Shown piece by piece: positions 43,690 through 57,048 of a stretch of 64,000 nt of DNA; the first letter of the stretch is position 1, and the number at the start of each line of letters is the position of its first letter. The DNA lies in assembly GCF_009914755.1 (NCBI RefSeq), contig NC_060930.1; one strand, given 5' to 3'. The notes below the pieces were generated by a model. The model saw nothing but the letters and a program-made list of their open reading frames with translations. It was not told the origin of the DNA and made no database searches. Origin of the DNA: the human T2T-CHM13v2.0 reference genome, Homo sapiens. The position numbers and the translations under genes are program-made.

Positions 43690-44165
43690 TTACAACCTTA
43701 TCATCTTAGAACTTTTTACATTACTTTATTTAATTTTTCCAGCAATCATATGGTGCACGTACTACGTTACTTCCCCCATATTATAGATGAAGTCACACAG
43801 GGCTAGAAAAGCTAAGCAAGATGTCTAAAGTTGCACAGATTATGAAGAGCAAAGGAGCATATTGAATGCAGGACTGGCTGCCTCCAAAACCCATGTCCCA
43901 TATATTACCCTAGCTTGGCATTTGCATCGTTTCCTAGAAGCTTTGTGTTAGAGTCATAGAACTGGACTTTGAGCCCGGCTCTGATTCTTCCAACTCTTTG
44001 ATATTCTGCAAATTGCTTAATCTCTAAGTCTCAGTTTTCTTACCTGTACAATAGGGATACTGGTATCTATTTCAGATGCCATTGTTAAAAGTGTGTGAGA
44101 GTGTGTGTAAAGTGATTAGCACAGGGCTTGAAACATGATTAAGCACTCAACACATGGTAGTCAAA
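43690..44165. mobile_element. Two MIRs in opposite orientation (minus ~43690-43900, plus ~43945-44165)
   Basis: cccatattatagatgaag...gttgcacag versus cttaatctctaagtctcagttttcttacctgtac. Confidence 0.7.
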
Positions 44166-44339
44166 AACAGAAAGAATGAAGAAAATACAAGATTGATGCT
44201 AGAATACAATAAGAAGCACATCATTTAGAGGGACTGTGTAGCAATATTTCCCTGAAATAAATATTGCTACCTAATTTTATCTCACAAATCTCATTTTCAC
44301 ACCTTTTTTGGAATAATATATTTATTTTAAATGTTATTA

Positions 44340-44640
44340 GGTCAGCCATGGTGGCCCATTCCTATAATCCCAGTACTTTGGGAGCCTCAGGCAGGAGGAT
44401 CACTTGAGCCCAAGAACTTGAAACCAGCCTGCGTAACATAGTAAGACTCTGTCTCGAAGAAAAAAATTTTTTAAGTAGCCAGGTGTGGTGGCATGTGCCT
44501 TTAAGTCCCAGCTAATTAGAAGGCTGAGGTGGGAGGATTGCTTCAACCCAGGAGTTAGAGATTTTAGTGAACTACAATTGCGCCACTGTACTCCAACCTG
44601 GGCAACAGAGCAAAAACACAATCTGTAAAAGAATAAATAA
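44340..44640 (+). mobile_element. AluJ
   Basis: gcaggaggatcacttgagcccaag; acatagtaagactctgtctc. Confidence 0.9.
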
Positions 44641-44974
44641 ATATTATGTTTGACTTAATATGGAATTATGTTAGTTGGCCTCAGAGCATGCAGAAGATAC
44701 TGTAGCCTCTGTAACGCTGAGTCCTTCTGTATTTTCCATTGTGGCAGGTCTTTAGGTACAGTTAGACATTAAGTACTAAAAGATGGAGTGAGCCATTGTG
44801 ACAGGACAAACGATGTGCTCTGCTTTCTTTATGAGCAGGGAAAGTAAGCCTTCAATGTTAATAATTACAAAACATCTTTATATCAACAATATTTATGTAA
44901 AATTACGTGTTTTTAGTGTTTGAATTTTGAGGCAAATTTATATATGGAAATATTTGATGTAGTTTTTTTTTAAA

Positions 44975-45130
44975 TTTATGAAGAAAAGAGGTTTAAGTAG
45001 CTCATGGTTCTGCAGGCTATACAGGAAGCACGGCAGCTTCTGCTTTTGAGAAGGCTTCAGGAAACTTACAATCATGGCGGAAGGCAAAGAGGGAACGAGG
45101 CATCTCACATAGTGGGAGCAGGAACAAGGG
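44975..45130 (-). mobile_element. MST MaLR LTR fragment
   Basis: aagaaaagaggtttaa...ggttctgcaggctatacaggaagca...ggaaacttacaatcatggcggaaggc. Confidence 0.8.
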
Positions 45131-45994
45131 CGTGAATATTTTTCTTAAGATAATCTTGAAAATACTTTGTAATCTATTGAGAACTACATATTTGTCAATC
45201 ATTCTCATTATCCAATTTTACTGACCATGAATATCATTCCACTTCACTAAGCTTTTATCTGGAACATAGTATTTTTTTTTTCTTACATTTGAACACCCAT
45301 GGCATTTTTATAGCTTATGGTACTTCTCCTTCTAGCAAAAATAAATAAATAAATAAATATAAAAAATAAAGAAAAGAAAACTCTTTCCAAAAAGTCATTT
45401 TTTACTTAGTTAAAATAAAGGTTTTTGGAAGAAATATCTACTTTTAAGACCTCTTTACACAAGTCACTTTTTAGTTAAAAAGATTTCAATCATCAGATAA
45501 TATGACAATTTTGTCACCATGCAAAATGTGAAAACTGTAATTAACATAAAGCATTTCACAAAAGTATGTGACAATATAAATATCACTTGGGCAATCAAAT
45601 CATGAAATCCTTCAGGAGAAAGAGAAAAAAAAAGCACTTGGCATTCCATCTTCATAGGAACCATGAAATGTCTTTAATAATTTGGTATTGCTATAGCTCT
45701 GCTGGAATGAATACAAACAACTATAAACGTCCAATAATTTTTATAATGTCTTAAGTTAATTATACAAATATTTCCCTAGCTTTACTCTTTTCACCTACAT
45801 TTTAAATATGTTCTCTAGGGCATCATTTTAAAATGGCAGTCTTTAGTCCAACAGTGATACCTAATTATATATTGCCATTTGAACAAACATTTACTTTCTA
45901 TCTTTCCATCCAAGTAGACATATTTTAATGAAAATGTATTAAAAATTAAATAGATTACATGTATAAGGATGTTCCTATATCTTAATATTTAAAC

Positions 45995-46688
45995 TGTGAA
46001 AGAAAATAGAATCTTGGGACCCCAAAGTTACTATGCCAAAGGGAAAGTTAAACCTGGGAATTGAGTCTCCCGATGCTGTTTTTCTTTTGTTCCCAAACAG
46101 AGAGCTGCAATTTTACAACCCTATATCATGACCTCATCCATAATCCAGGTACCCATCATGATAGAAAGTCACATATCTCCCCAGAAGGCCTCCTTCACCG
46201 ATTGGTCACAAGGAAATTCCTTGTGAACCCCTAAATCTTTCAGGATGCATATCCCTCCCTATAAACTAGCCCTAAAACCAAGTTCTGTTGAAATCTCACC
46301 CTGACAGTGTCAATTACCAGCTTATGTTCACAGAGAGAGGACAAGGACAAGACCAGAAATCATCCCTCCACCTACACTGAGATGAATGCATAATTGACTT
46401 TTTCTTCTACTTTCACTTTTCACACGTAAAGTGTAGATTTACTGAGGTTAATCAGAGCCTCACCAGAATGCAACTATTTGCCTCACTGCCTACCTTCCCT
46501 TCTTTTATTTCCCTCTCTTGCTTGCTCTTTCTTCTTTAAATACTGAAGTTCCCAAAACTCCCATTGTTTTGAAAAAGCACAGGTCACAGATGCTCTTGTA
46601 ACTTGCCTTTCATTCTGGGCATGTCCTCGACCTTGGCTAAATAAACCTCTATTTATTGAGAGCTGCCTCAGTCACTTTTTGGTTAACC
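45995..46688 (+). mobile_element. ERV1 solo LTR (MER72-like)
   Basis: tgtgaaagaaaatagaatcttgggacccc start; AATAAA near end; TSD aaac/aagc. Confidence 0.75.
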
Positions 46689-49224
46689 AAGCTTAAGACA
46701 TAATAAAAGTTATTGAGAGGCAAAAGTTGCATATCGTGTGTTATTTAGAAATGAAGCTCATGATATATTTGGATCTAAGTATGGTGATACATATGTCACT
46801 GTAACAACTGATAGGAAAAGTGTATCTTTTATTATTAGAATACAAGTATTAAGATATCTGCCAAAGGCGCTGTAGAACATCAAATTCATCATATACATTT
46901 ACACTGGCAAAGGATTGAAGTAACAGAGGTAATAAATGAATTGATCTGATAATTTAGAATAAAAATACATTTCTGGATGTCTTGGCCTTAGTATACAATA
47001 CGAAGCAATGATTTCTGGCTGTGGTATTTGGTGGCTTCCTATAGCTCCAGTTCCTTCTTTCATACATATTTGATGTACAGCTGCTGGATGAAGAGCATGG
47101 CTCTTGTCACTACTCTAATCAAGATCTGTAAGGAGCTTCTTGTTGCCTACGTGGTAAAAGCCTAAACTCTTCAGACTGACCTTCAGACCTGCCATTTCAA
47201 CAGCATTGCCTCCATTCTCCACCAGGCTCCTGTGTTGCCATTAAACTGATCTCCTTGCTGAGTCTGGATCTGTGATTTTTCTACCTTACCGACTTGAGCC
47301 AGCTTAAATCCTCTGTTTCTGATTCACCCAGGGGGCAATAAATTTGCCCCCTCAGAACTGCCACAGCTTTCAGCCCTCACCTCTACTGATTTATGGCTCT
47401 TAATCATTTTTCTTTTTGTTATGGTAATTTTTAGAATCTCTGCCCACGTTCACCTTCCAAATGTTAACCCCTAAAGGGGATGTCTGTGTTTCACTCACCT
47501 TGCAGATGTTAACAAGTATAATAACATTGTTGCTCCCTTTCTGCCAGCTGCTCTCTCCCTGTACCCCATCTTCTATGATTGTTCTCTCCTGGAAGAATAA
47601 AGATATCCATCAGAGGGGGTCTTGACCAGGTGGGAGAAGACAGAGAAACATCACTTTCAGCCACTAGAAGGATGGTGGAAAGTAAATCATGGCATAAGTA
47701 GGAGTAGCAAAGTAGGAGGGTGTTTACTGGTCTCTTCCTTCCCTATCCTGGCAGAGAATCACATTCTTGCATGGTGGGTATAGATTGAGAGCAAAGTCTA
47801 GAGGAAAATGGTTTTTGCTCCTTTTCTCTCCCCCACAGCACCAGCATGGGGCAGTATCATCCGAGTAAAAGTGGCAAGGTGTTGTGGTTGACAGAAAGTC
47901 TGGGTACAGTTTTCTAGTGTCCTTTGGCCTCCTAAGTCATGTGTGGACAGTATCTAGAAATCCCCTGTGGCCCTGTGGAGGAATCTTTGGTCGCACCAAC
48001 AGTGCTAACTGGAGACTCATCATTTTCCCATTGTAATGCCCAAGGAGGAGGTGATTGGGCTGAATAGCATTATGACTAATGATATTTTTATAGTGACTGG
48101 AAATTAGTGCTTATGTGGTTTTGCCAAAAAGACATATGTAAAGACAAAAATACTTGAGGAAGGCAGGATTATTGGCCATACTTCCCTCCTTAAGATCATT
48201 TTAAGGAGGTATCAAAGGAGCACCCGTACTTACCACAGAATGCCTGGGAAAAGACCCCTGGAAGCATCTAAGAATTACTGCATCTTTACCAGTCAGTCCC
48301 AGAATGGGTGATGAAGCTGGAACAGACTTACCAAAGAAATCATGGTGCTATATTCCAGCTCACAGCAACAAAGGGCAAATCCAAAATGTTTCCACCCTCA
48401 TCCACTTCCAGATTTTAAAAGGTCAATTTAAATTCACTATTCCACTAAAGAATCTACCTCTTTCCCTCAAAAAGAAAAAATACATATTTGATTAGAATAC
48501 TGTATTTATATTACTGAACATCTTAACTACAAAGAAACAACGGTGTTTGGGTATTTATTTTTCCCTCTAAAAGCTCAAAACATACCAATGTATAAGGATT
48601 TTGATTTAATCCTATTATAAGTAAGCATACCATATCTACCTTCCTAAGATTTGTCGTTTTCTAATATTCCATTAAATTGGTGTTTATTAGGGTTGTAGAA
48701 GGATAAACTGGGGAAAGCACAGCAAATAAAGAAATATTACAGTAAATACATTATCTGGAAAGATACTTTCAAGCTGTATAATAAATCTTAATTACACAGA
48801 AAAAAAAAGTAGTGTACATATTACTATAGCCTCACTAAAATTGAATCATTTGTTTAGTCTCATTCTACTGAATGGTTTAAATACTCTATTCCTCATCTCA
48901 TAATTGTAGGAAATGAAACCCAACTTTTCACTTGCTTTTGAGTATGTGAAGTAATTTGAACGGATGGAATATGTTCTCTCTACTTTCCTTGCCCACAATA
49001 TATAAAACTCAAAGTCAAATGATTACTTTTATTATTAATTTTGATTCTGGTTCATTTAGTGCAACAATTTCTTTTATGTTCAATTAGCTGGCTTCTCCAC
49101 AGTATTAGCATAAAGATAACTTTTTTATTTTAACACAACAGCATTACTGTCTAAATTTTAGTTTTTACTTATTTTAATTTTCAAGATAGTAAATTCCATA
49201 TAACTATGATTCGATGATTAAAAT

Positions 49225-49775
49225 AGAGGTTTTAAATCATAGCATTCAAATTCTTTGACATTTCTTCCATTAATAAGTGACACTTGAGGTCTTCCTTTTT
49301 CAAATAAGGTGGTCTTGTGACTTCCTTATAACTAACAGCATATGGCCGAAGTGGAGCTGTGTGACTTTTGATGCTGGGTGATAAGAGGCAGTGCAGCTTC
49401 CACCTTGTTTTTTGGAACCCTGTGCTTGGAGCCCTCAGCTGCCATGTAAAATGTCTGCCTACCCCGAGGGAGGGAGCCAAGTTGCAAAGGGAGGACACAT
49501 GTAGGTGCTCTGCTCAGCAGTTCTAGTCTTCAAGTCCTTCCAGCCTATGTGTTGGACATGTGAGTGAACCAGTCTTCAGATGATCCCTGTACTGAACCAT
49601 GGAGTCACATCTAGGCTTGGAGTCTTCCCAGCTGAAGCTTCAGACATTCTGGAGCAGAGACAAACTCTCCCCAAACCTCCTCAAATTCCTTACCCACAGA
49701 ATCTCTGAGCATAATAAGATAGTCATTAATGCCATCATTTAGAGTGGTTGTTACACAGCAATAACAATTAGAACC
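49225..49775 (+). mobile_element. MaLR LTR (MLT1F/G/H-like)
   Basis: caaattctttgaca...gtcttcccagctgaagcttcagacattctggagcagagacaa...gttacacagcaata. Confidence 0.75.
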
Positions 49776-50757
49776 TTACACTTAGTTCTTCATGTAAAAA
49801 AAAAAATCAGCACAGATTAGAGGAAAATAAAGAGACTAACATATGGCTTTTCTAATTTCTAACAAATATTTTCATTCCTAAAATTGTATGTCCTTCTGAG
49901 ATAACTTGCTAAAATAGTATAACTAAGGTTCTTATATTTTTAAAATAATTTTATTAACTTGCTTAGAATATCTCATATTAAATATAATTGAAATGTTAAA
50001 AAATTCATTAATATACAAAAATGATCATCAGCAAATAGCTACTGAGATCTTGGTATATTCGTGACACTCTACTTGAAAAGTAAAATGTACATAAATTACA
50101 AGTGAAAATCATTTAATTTAAAAGGATGTATCCCAAGTAGTATTTAATACAGAAATCTGACTGGTCAGTCATTGATCATAACTACAGCTGTGGTCTTTTT
50201 CATGGCATAATCTGTCATCTTTGGTTAATATCTTTTCAATGTTTTCTCTGAGGGCCTGCATATTAGTCAAATGGATAAATGGATTTTTATTGCTATGGTT
50301 CTGTACTACAGAATCTGTCACTGGATAATTTTATTAAGGAATGGAATTGAACTTTTAAGACAAATCAGTACAGAAAGGTGGGAATCATTGTGATATATAG
50401 TATTTACAGGTCATGGTCCATTTTAACACACTTACTGGGTCTTTAGTAAATAATCATTGTATAAAAGAAATGCAAATTACAATGGAAAATGGAAACTTTT
50501 TAAAAAATGATAATATCCATTACTAGTAAAGGCATAGGGAAAACAGCCTGTCCAACCCCCACACAGATACATTGATAGAACACCCTTACAGTAAGCTTGT
50601 TATTATTTATCAAAAGCCTTACAATTTTGCTTTTTTCCTTGACTTACAAGTCTATTTCTAGAAATTTGTTATAAGGGAATAATTGTAACACAGGCAAAGA
50701 TTTATCTATAAATTTATTTATTTAAAAATGTGTAATATTGAAGCATTGAAAGCAAAC

Positions 50758-51233
50758 TGAACTGGTTTTCTGTTGCTACTATAACAAATTACCATGAATT
50801 TAGGACTTTACAATTACACATATTTGTTATCAATAACACATATTTATCATCTTACAATTCTGTATGTCAGAAACCTGACACGGGTCTCAGTGGGCTAAAT
50901 CAAGCTGTTCGCATAAATGTTGTCCTTCTGGAAGTTATGAATGAATTCCATTTCTGTACATTTTCTAGTTTCTAGAGAGTAGTGCTTGGCTCGTAGCCCC
51001 CTTCCTACATCTACAAATCTTTTCCCCTCCTAGCCTGGAGGAGTTTTCTACTGTTAAGGGGTTATGTGATTATTATTGGGACCTCCTGGATATTCCAGGA
51101 TACTCTCCGCATCTCAAGATTCCTAGTCTAATCACTCCTGCAAAGTCTCTTTCGTCCTATGAGGTAATATATTCACAGGTTCCAAGAATTATAGTGTGGA
51201 CATATTTAGAGGGCCATTATTTTGTCCATCACA
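50758..51233 (-). mobile_element. MaLR LTR (MLT1D/E-like) within an old L1 fragment
   Basis: gttttctgttgctactataacaaattacca...gggccattattttgtccatcaca. Confidence 0.8.
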
Positions 51234-51364
51234 AAAGCTATAGGTATAAGAAAAGGATATGAATTAAATAATTGGGATACTTGGTGTTCTATACAGTCAT
51301 AAAAACTAAGTTTTATGCAGAATAATGATAATTAACAATATTAAAGTATTAACTGCTAATCATT

Positions 51365-51937
51365 TGTGATGGTTAATACTGAGTGTCAACTTGATTGGAT
51401 TGAAGGATACAAAGTATTGATCCTGGGTGTGTCTTTGAGCTGCCAGCATGGCTAGACTATAAGCAGACAGAAAAATGTGAAAAGAGAGACTGACCTAGCC
51501 TCCCAGCCTACATTTTTCTCCCATGTTGGATACTTCCTGCCCTTGAACATTGGTCTCCAAGTTCTTCAGTTTTGGGACTCAAACTGGCTCTCCTTGCTCC
51601 TCAGCCTACAGAAGGCCTATTGTGGGACCTTGTGATCATGTGAGTTAATACTTAATAAACTCCTCTTTTTTATATATATACACACACATATATGTATATA
51701 TACACACACATATATACATATATGTATATATACACACACATATATACATATATGTATATATACACATATATACATATATGTATATATACACACATATACA
51801 TATATGTATATATACACACATATATACATATATATGTGTGTATATATATACACATATATATATACGTATATATGTGTGTGTGTGTATATATATATATTCC
51901 ATTCATTCTGTCCATCTAAACAACCCTGACTAATGCA
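51365..51937 (+). mobile_element. 5' LTR (MLT2A1-type) with ~86-bp deletion and expanded TA/CA array
   Basis: tgtgatggttaatactgagtgtcaac...ccctgactaatgca; aligns with 57049-57567. Confidence 0.92.
51670..51897. repeat. Complex (TA/CA/TG) minisatellite with 26-30-bp units
   Basis: tatgtatatatacacacacatatatacata repeated at 51691 and 51721, then variant units. Confidence 0.95.
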
Positions 51938-51942
51938 GATTG

Positions 51943-51960
51943 TGGTACCAGCAGTAGTTC
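51943..51960 (+). other. Primer-binding site (tRNA-Leu type, degenerate)
   Basis: TGGTACCAGCAGTAGTTC just after the 5' LTR; HERV-L uses tRNA-Leu. Confidence 0.75.
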
Positions 51961-52029
51961 TAGAAGAACAGAATATTAAGGATGGAGTTCTTTCATTGGT
52001 TTTGAGGTTTCTGGATTTGGCTGCTTAAT

Positions 52030-53190
52030 ATGACTAGACCCCAAAATGCTAAAGACTCTACTTCTAATAGTATGGAGAGCATTGATAGTCCTTGGCAGGA
52101 ACTGTTTAGAGAGTTATGCAAAATAAATGCATTTGACACTCCTGATTCATCACTCATAAGAGGCAAGGAGTTTAGCGACTCTATACATAATACCATTGAC
52201 CATATGTCAAGAACCAAGGAACACAATGAAGCTGGTTGGTCCCTCTTAAGTTCAGCGGACAAAGTGATGAAAGAAAATGATGACCTCAGGGATTCTATCT
52301 CCTGTCTTCAGAAGCAGATACTGAACCTCAAATCTGCTAAGACTGCCCTGAGTGAGAGTCTTACCTCCTGGAGAGAAAGAGCTAAAACTGTGGAAAAACA
52401 GACACAAACTGTTATCATGTGAGTGGCTGACTTGCAATGAAAGCTGCATGCACAGCCTTGCCAGGTGTCTACTGTTAAAGTGAGGGCATTGATTGGAAAA
52501 GTATGGGACCCTGCAACTTGGAATAGAGACATGTGGGAGGACCCTGATGAAGCTGGGAACACTGAGCTCTGAATTGAAATAGGATTAAAAGATGGCCCAC
52601 TGTGAGCAAGCTGGAAATGCCTGATCTCCCTTGGTTTACTGTAGAGGGAGGGATCCAAAGGCTTAAAGAGATTGGGATGATGGAGTGGATTAGTCACTTT
52701 AGACCTACTCATTTCAGCTGGGAGGGCCAAGAAGATATACTCTTGACCAAAGCCTTGTGAAATAGATTTGTGAGGGCAGCACCTGCATCATTGAAGAACC
52801 CTATAATTGCTTTTCTTTGTATGTGAGATCTAACAGTGGGAACTGCAGTCACTCAACTACAAAATTTAAATACAATGAGAATAATTGGATCCCAAGGTGG
52901 CAGAAGTCAAGTGGCAGCACTCAACCATCCAAGGCAAGATGGACAGCAGAGGCAAAGCAACAATCAGAATAGTCTGACTCATGTAGGGCACTGACATTGG
53001 CTAATTAATCACAGTGTTCCTAGAAGTGAAATTGATAGGAAGCCTGCTGCATTCCAATTTAATTTATATAAACAGAAAATGTCTAGCTTAAATGTACAAA
53101 AGACTAATTTGAATTACAGAAACAGAGAATCATAGCCCCTCAATCAATTTCCAGAGTTGAGCCAGTTTACAGACCCAGAATCCCTTGAAT
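52030..53190 (+). pseudogene. HERV-L gag remnant (stops, internal deletion near 52570)
   Basis: ORF MTRPQNAKDSTSNSMESIDSPWQELFRELCKINAFDTPDS matches the HERV-L gag N-terminus. Confidence 0.85.
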
Positions 53191-53289
53191 GAAGGAGAGG
53201 CCAGGTCCCCTTGAGGAAGGGCCCCACTACATTACCAACAATTTATGCAGTGAATCTTTCTCCCATCCTTCCCCAGTGAGAACTCCAGC

Positions 53290-56170
53290 CTTTTATCAGG
53301 GTAACTGTGCAATGGGGAAAGGGAAATGATCAGATATTTCAGGGACTACTGGACCCTGCCTCTGAGCTGACGTTGATTTTAGGGGACCCAAAATGTCACT
53401 GTGGTCTTCCGGTTAAAGTAGAGGCTTATTGAGGTCAGATAATTAATGGAGTTTTAGCTCAGGTCTGACTTACAGTGAGTCCAGTGGGTCCCTGGACTCA
53501 TCCTGTGGTCATTTTCCCAGTGTGAGAATGCAGAATTGGCATAGACATACTTAACAGCTGGCAGAACCCCTGCAATGCCTTCCTGACTGGTAGGGTGAGA
53601 GCCAATATGGTGGGAAAAGCCAAATGGAAGCCTTTAGAGCTGCCTCTACCTAGAAAAATAGTGAATCAAAAACAATATTGCATCCCTGCAGGGATTGCAG
53701 AGATTAGTGCCACCATCAAGGACTTGAAAGATGCAGGAGTGGTGATTTCCACCACATCCCCATTTAACTCTCCCATTTGGCCGGTGCAGAAGACAGATGG
53801 ATCTTGGAGAATGACAGTGGGTTATCGTAAGCTTAACCAAGTGGTGACTCCAATTGCAGCTGCTGTACCAGATGTGGCTTCATTGCTTGAGCAAATTAAC
53901 ACATCTCCTGATACCTGGTATGCAGCCACTGACTTGGCAAATGTCTTTTTCTCCATTCTTGTCCATTAGGCCCATCAGAAGCAATTTGCCTTCAGCTGGC
54001 AAGACCAGCAATATTTTTTACTGTCCTATCTCAGGGGTATATCAACTCTCTGGCTTTGTGTCGTAATCTTATTCGGAGAGATCTTGATCACTTTTCGCTT
54101 CCACAAGATATCACAATGGTCCATTACACAGATGACATTACGCTGTCTGGATCCAGTGAGCAAGAAGTAGCAAACACACTGGACTTATTGGTGAGACATT
54201 TGCATGCCAGAGGATAGGAAATAAATCCGACTAAAATTCAGGGATCTTCTACCTCAGTAAAATTTCTAGAGTTTCAGTGGTGTGCAGACTGTTGAGATAT
54301 TCCTTCTAAGGTGAAGATTAAGTTGCTGCATGTGGTCCCTCCTACAACCAAGAAAGAAACACAATGCCTAGTGGAGCTACTTGGATTTTGAAGGCAACAC
54401 ATTTCTCATTTAGGTGTGTTACTCTGGCCCATTTATCAAGTTACCCAAAAGGCTGCCAGTTTTGAGTCTGGTCCAGAACAGGAGAAGGCTCTGCAACAGG
54501 TCCAGGCTGCTGTGCAAGCTGCTCTGCCACTTGGGCCATATGATCCAACAGATCCAACGGTGATTGAGGTGTCAGTGGCAGATAGGGATACTGTTTGGAC
54601 CCTTTGGTAGACCCCCATAGGTGAATCACAGTGGAGGGCTCTAGGATATTGGAGCAAGGCCCTGCCATCTTCTGCAGACAACTACTCTCCTTTTGAGAGA
54701 CATCTCTTGACCTGTTACTGGGCTTTGGTGGGAACTGAACGTTTGACTATGGGTCATCAAATCACCATGCCACCTGAACTCCCTATTGTGAACTGGGTGC
54801 TTTCTGACCCATCTAGCCATAAAGTCGCTCATACACAGCAGCATTCCATCATCAAATGGAAGTGTATATGTGATCCAGCTTGAGCAGGTCCTGAAGGCAC
54901 AAGTAAGTTACATGAGGAAGTGGCTCAAATGCCCATGGTCTCCATTCCTGCCACCCTGCCTTCTCTCCCTCAGCCTGTACCAATGGCTTCATGGGCAGTT
55001 CCCTATGATAAGCTGGCAGAAGAAGAGAAGACTAGGACCTGGTTCACAGATGATTCTGCACAATATGCAGGCACCACCTGAAAGTGGACAGCTATAGCAC
55101 TACAGCCCCTTTCTAGGACATCCCTGAAGGACAGCAGTGAAGGGCAATCTTCCCAGTGGGCAGAATTTTGAGCAGTGTACCTGGTTGTGCACTTTGCATG
55201 GAAGGAGAAATGGCCAGATGTGTGATTGTATACTGATTCATGGGCTGTAGCCAATGGTTTGGCTGGATGGTCAGGGACTTGGAAAAAGCATGATTGGAAA
55301 ACTGATGACGAAGAAATTTGGGGAAGAGGTATGTGGATGGATTTCTCTGAGTGGGCAAAAATTGTGAAGATATTTGTATCCATGTGAGTGCTCTCCAACA
55401 GGGTGACCTCAGCAGAGGAGGATTTTAATAATCAAGTGGATAGGATGACCTGTTCTGTGGACGCCTCTTTCCCCAGTCACCCCTGCCATCGCCCAATGAG
55501 CCCATGAACAAAGTGGCCATGGTGGCAGGGACGGAGGTTACACATGGGCTCAGCAACATGGACTTCCACTCACCATGGCTGACCTGGCTATGGCCACTTC
55601 TGAGTGCCCAATTTGCCAGCAGCAGAGACCAACACTGAGCACTCGATATGGCACCGTTCCTCAGGGTTAGCAGCCAGCTACCTGGTGGCTGGTTGATTAT
55701 ATTGCACCTCTTCCATCATGAGAAGGGCAGAGGTTTGTCCTCATGGGAACAGACACTTACTCTGGATATAGGTTTGCCTATCCTACATACAATGCTTCTG
55801 CCTAGACTATCATCTGTGGCCTCATGGGATGCCTTATCCACTGTCATGGTATTCCACACAACACTGCCCGTGACCAAGGCACTCTCTTTACAGGTAAAGA
55901 AGTGCAGCAGTGGGCTCATGCTCATGGAATTCACTGTTCTTACCATGTTCCCCATCATCCTGAAGCAGCTGGATTGATAGAATGGTGGAATGGCCTTTTG
56001 AAGTCACAATTATAACACCAACTAGGTGACAATATTTTGCAGAGCTGGGGCAAAGTTCTCCAGAAGGCTGTGTATGCTCAGAAGCAGTGCCCGCTATATG
56101 GTACTGTTTCTCCCATAGCCAGGATTCATGGGTCCAGGATTCAATGGGTGGAAGTGGAAGTAGCACTAAC
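53290..56170 (+). pseudogene. HERV-L pro-pol remnant (protease, RT, RNaseH, integrase) with stops and frameshifts
   Basis: GLLDPASEL at 53343 (DTG mutated); [16 protein letters not shown]; LSQG; YTDD 54125-54136; WFTDDS; HEQSGH...CPIC; DTYSG; DQG; IEWWN. Confidence 0.93.
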
Positions 56171-56194
56171 AAAATGTTTGCTTCCTGTTCCTAC

Positions 56195-56500
56195 AACATT
56201 ACATTCTGCCGGCCTAGAGGTCTTAGTTCCAGAAGGAGGAATGCTGCCACCAGGAGACCCAATGATTCCATTAAGCTGAAAGTTAAAATTCCCATGTAGA
56301 CACTTTGGGCTCTTCCTACTTTTAAGTCAATACGCTAAGAAGGGAGTTACAGTGTTAGCTGGGGTGACTGACCTGGACTGTCAAGAAGAAATCAGTCTAC
56401 TACTCCACCACGAAGGTAAGGAAGAGTATGCATGAAATACAGGAGATCCATTAGAGTGTCTCTTAGTATTACCATGCCCTGTGATTAAGGTCAATGGAAA
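56195..56500 (+). pseudogene. HERV-L dUTPase remnant
   Basis: SAGLEVLVPEGGMLPPGD...HFGLF...GVTVLAGVTDLDCQEEI, downstream of integrase as is typical of ERV-L. Confidence 0.8.
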
Positions 56501-56575
56501 GTACAACAGCCCAATCCAAACAGGACTACGAATGACCAGACCCTTCAGGAATGAAGGTTTGCATCACTCTACCAG

Positions 56576-56624
56576 GAAAAAAAAACAACACACACACATA
56601 CACACACACACACTCACACACACA
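56576..56624. repeat. A-run plus (CA)n microsatellite inside the provirus
   Basis: Direct reading. Confidence 0.9.
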
Positions 56625-57048
56625 CCCTGCTAAGGTGCTTGCTGAAGGCAAAGGGAATACAGAATGGATAGTAGAAGAAGGCAGTCATCAATACCAGCTA
56701 TGACCAGGTGACCAGCTGCAGCTATGGGGACTGTAATTGTCATGAGTTATTTCCTCCTTCTTTTGTTAAAAATATGTTTGTGCTTGTATACACTTGTACT
56801 AAGAAAATATCTTCATTTTATTTCCTTTCTCCTTTCCCATGTGACATAAGAGTTTTTGACTTCACATGAGCATTTAAGTGTTGTTAACTTTATGTAATAG
56901 TGTTCGGGTTGGGGATTGGTGGGTTTCCGTTTGTATGAAAGATAGCTGTATTATGTTAGGCATAATTATGACCTTATTACTGTCATTATTTGAAGATTAT
57001 GTATGATATCAGGAAATGCATATGGGTTCAAGTTGACAAAGGTAGACT

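Noticed and set aside
47500-48570. GC-richer segment that may be a very old LTR
   Set aside because: Could not assign termini, a TSD or a family by eye
51617-51919. Tyr/Ile/His/Val-repeat ORFs; possible CRISPR-like array
   Set aside because: Dinucleotide-derived minisatellite with no unique spacers, in eukaryotic DNA
52030-56299. Domesticated or coding-competent gag/pol
   Set aside because: Multiple stops, frameshifts and altered catalytic motifs; the longest sense fragments are about 130 aa
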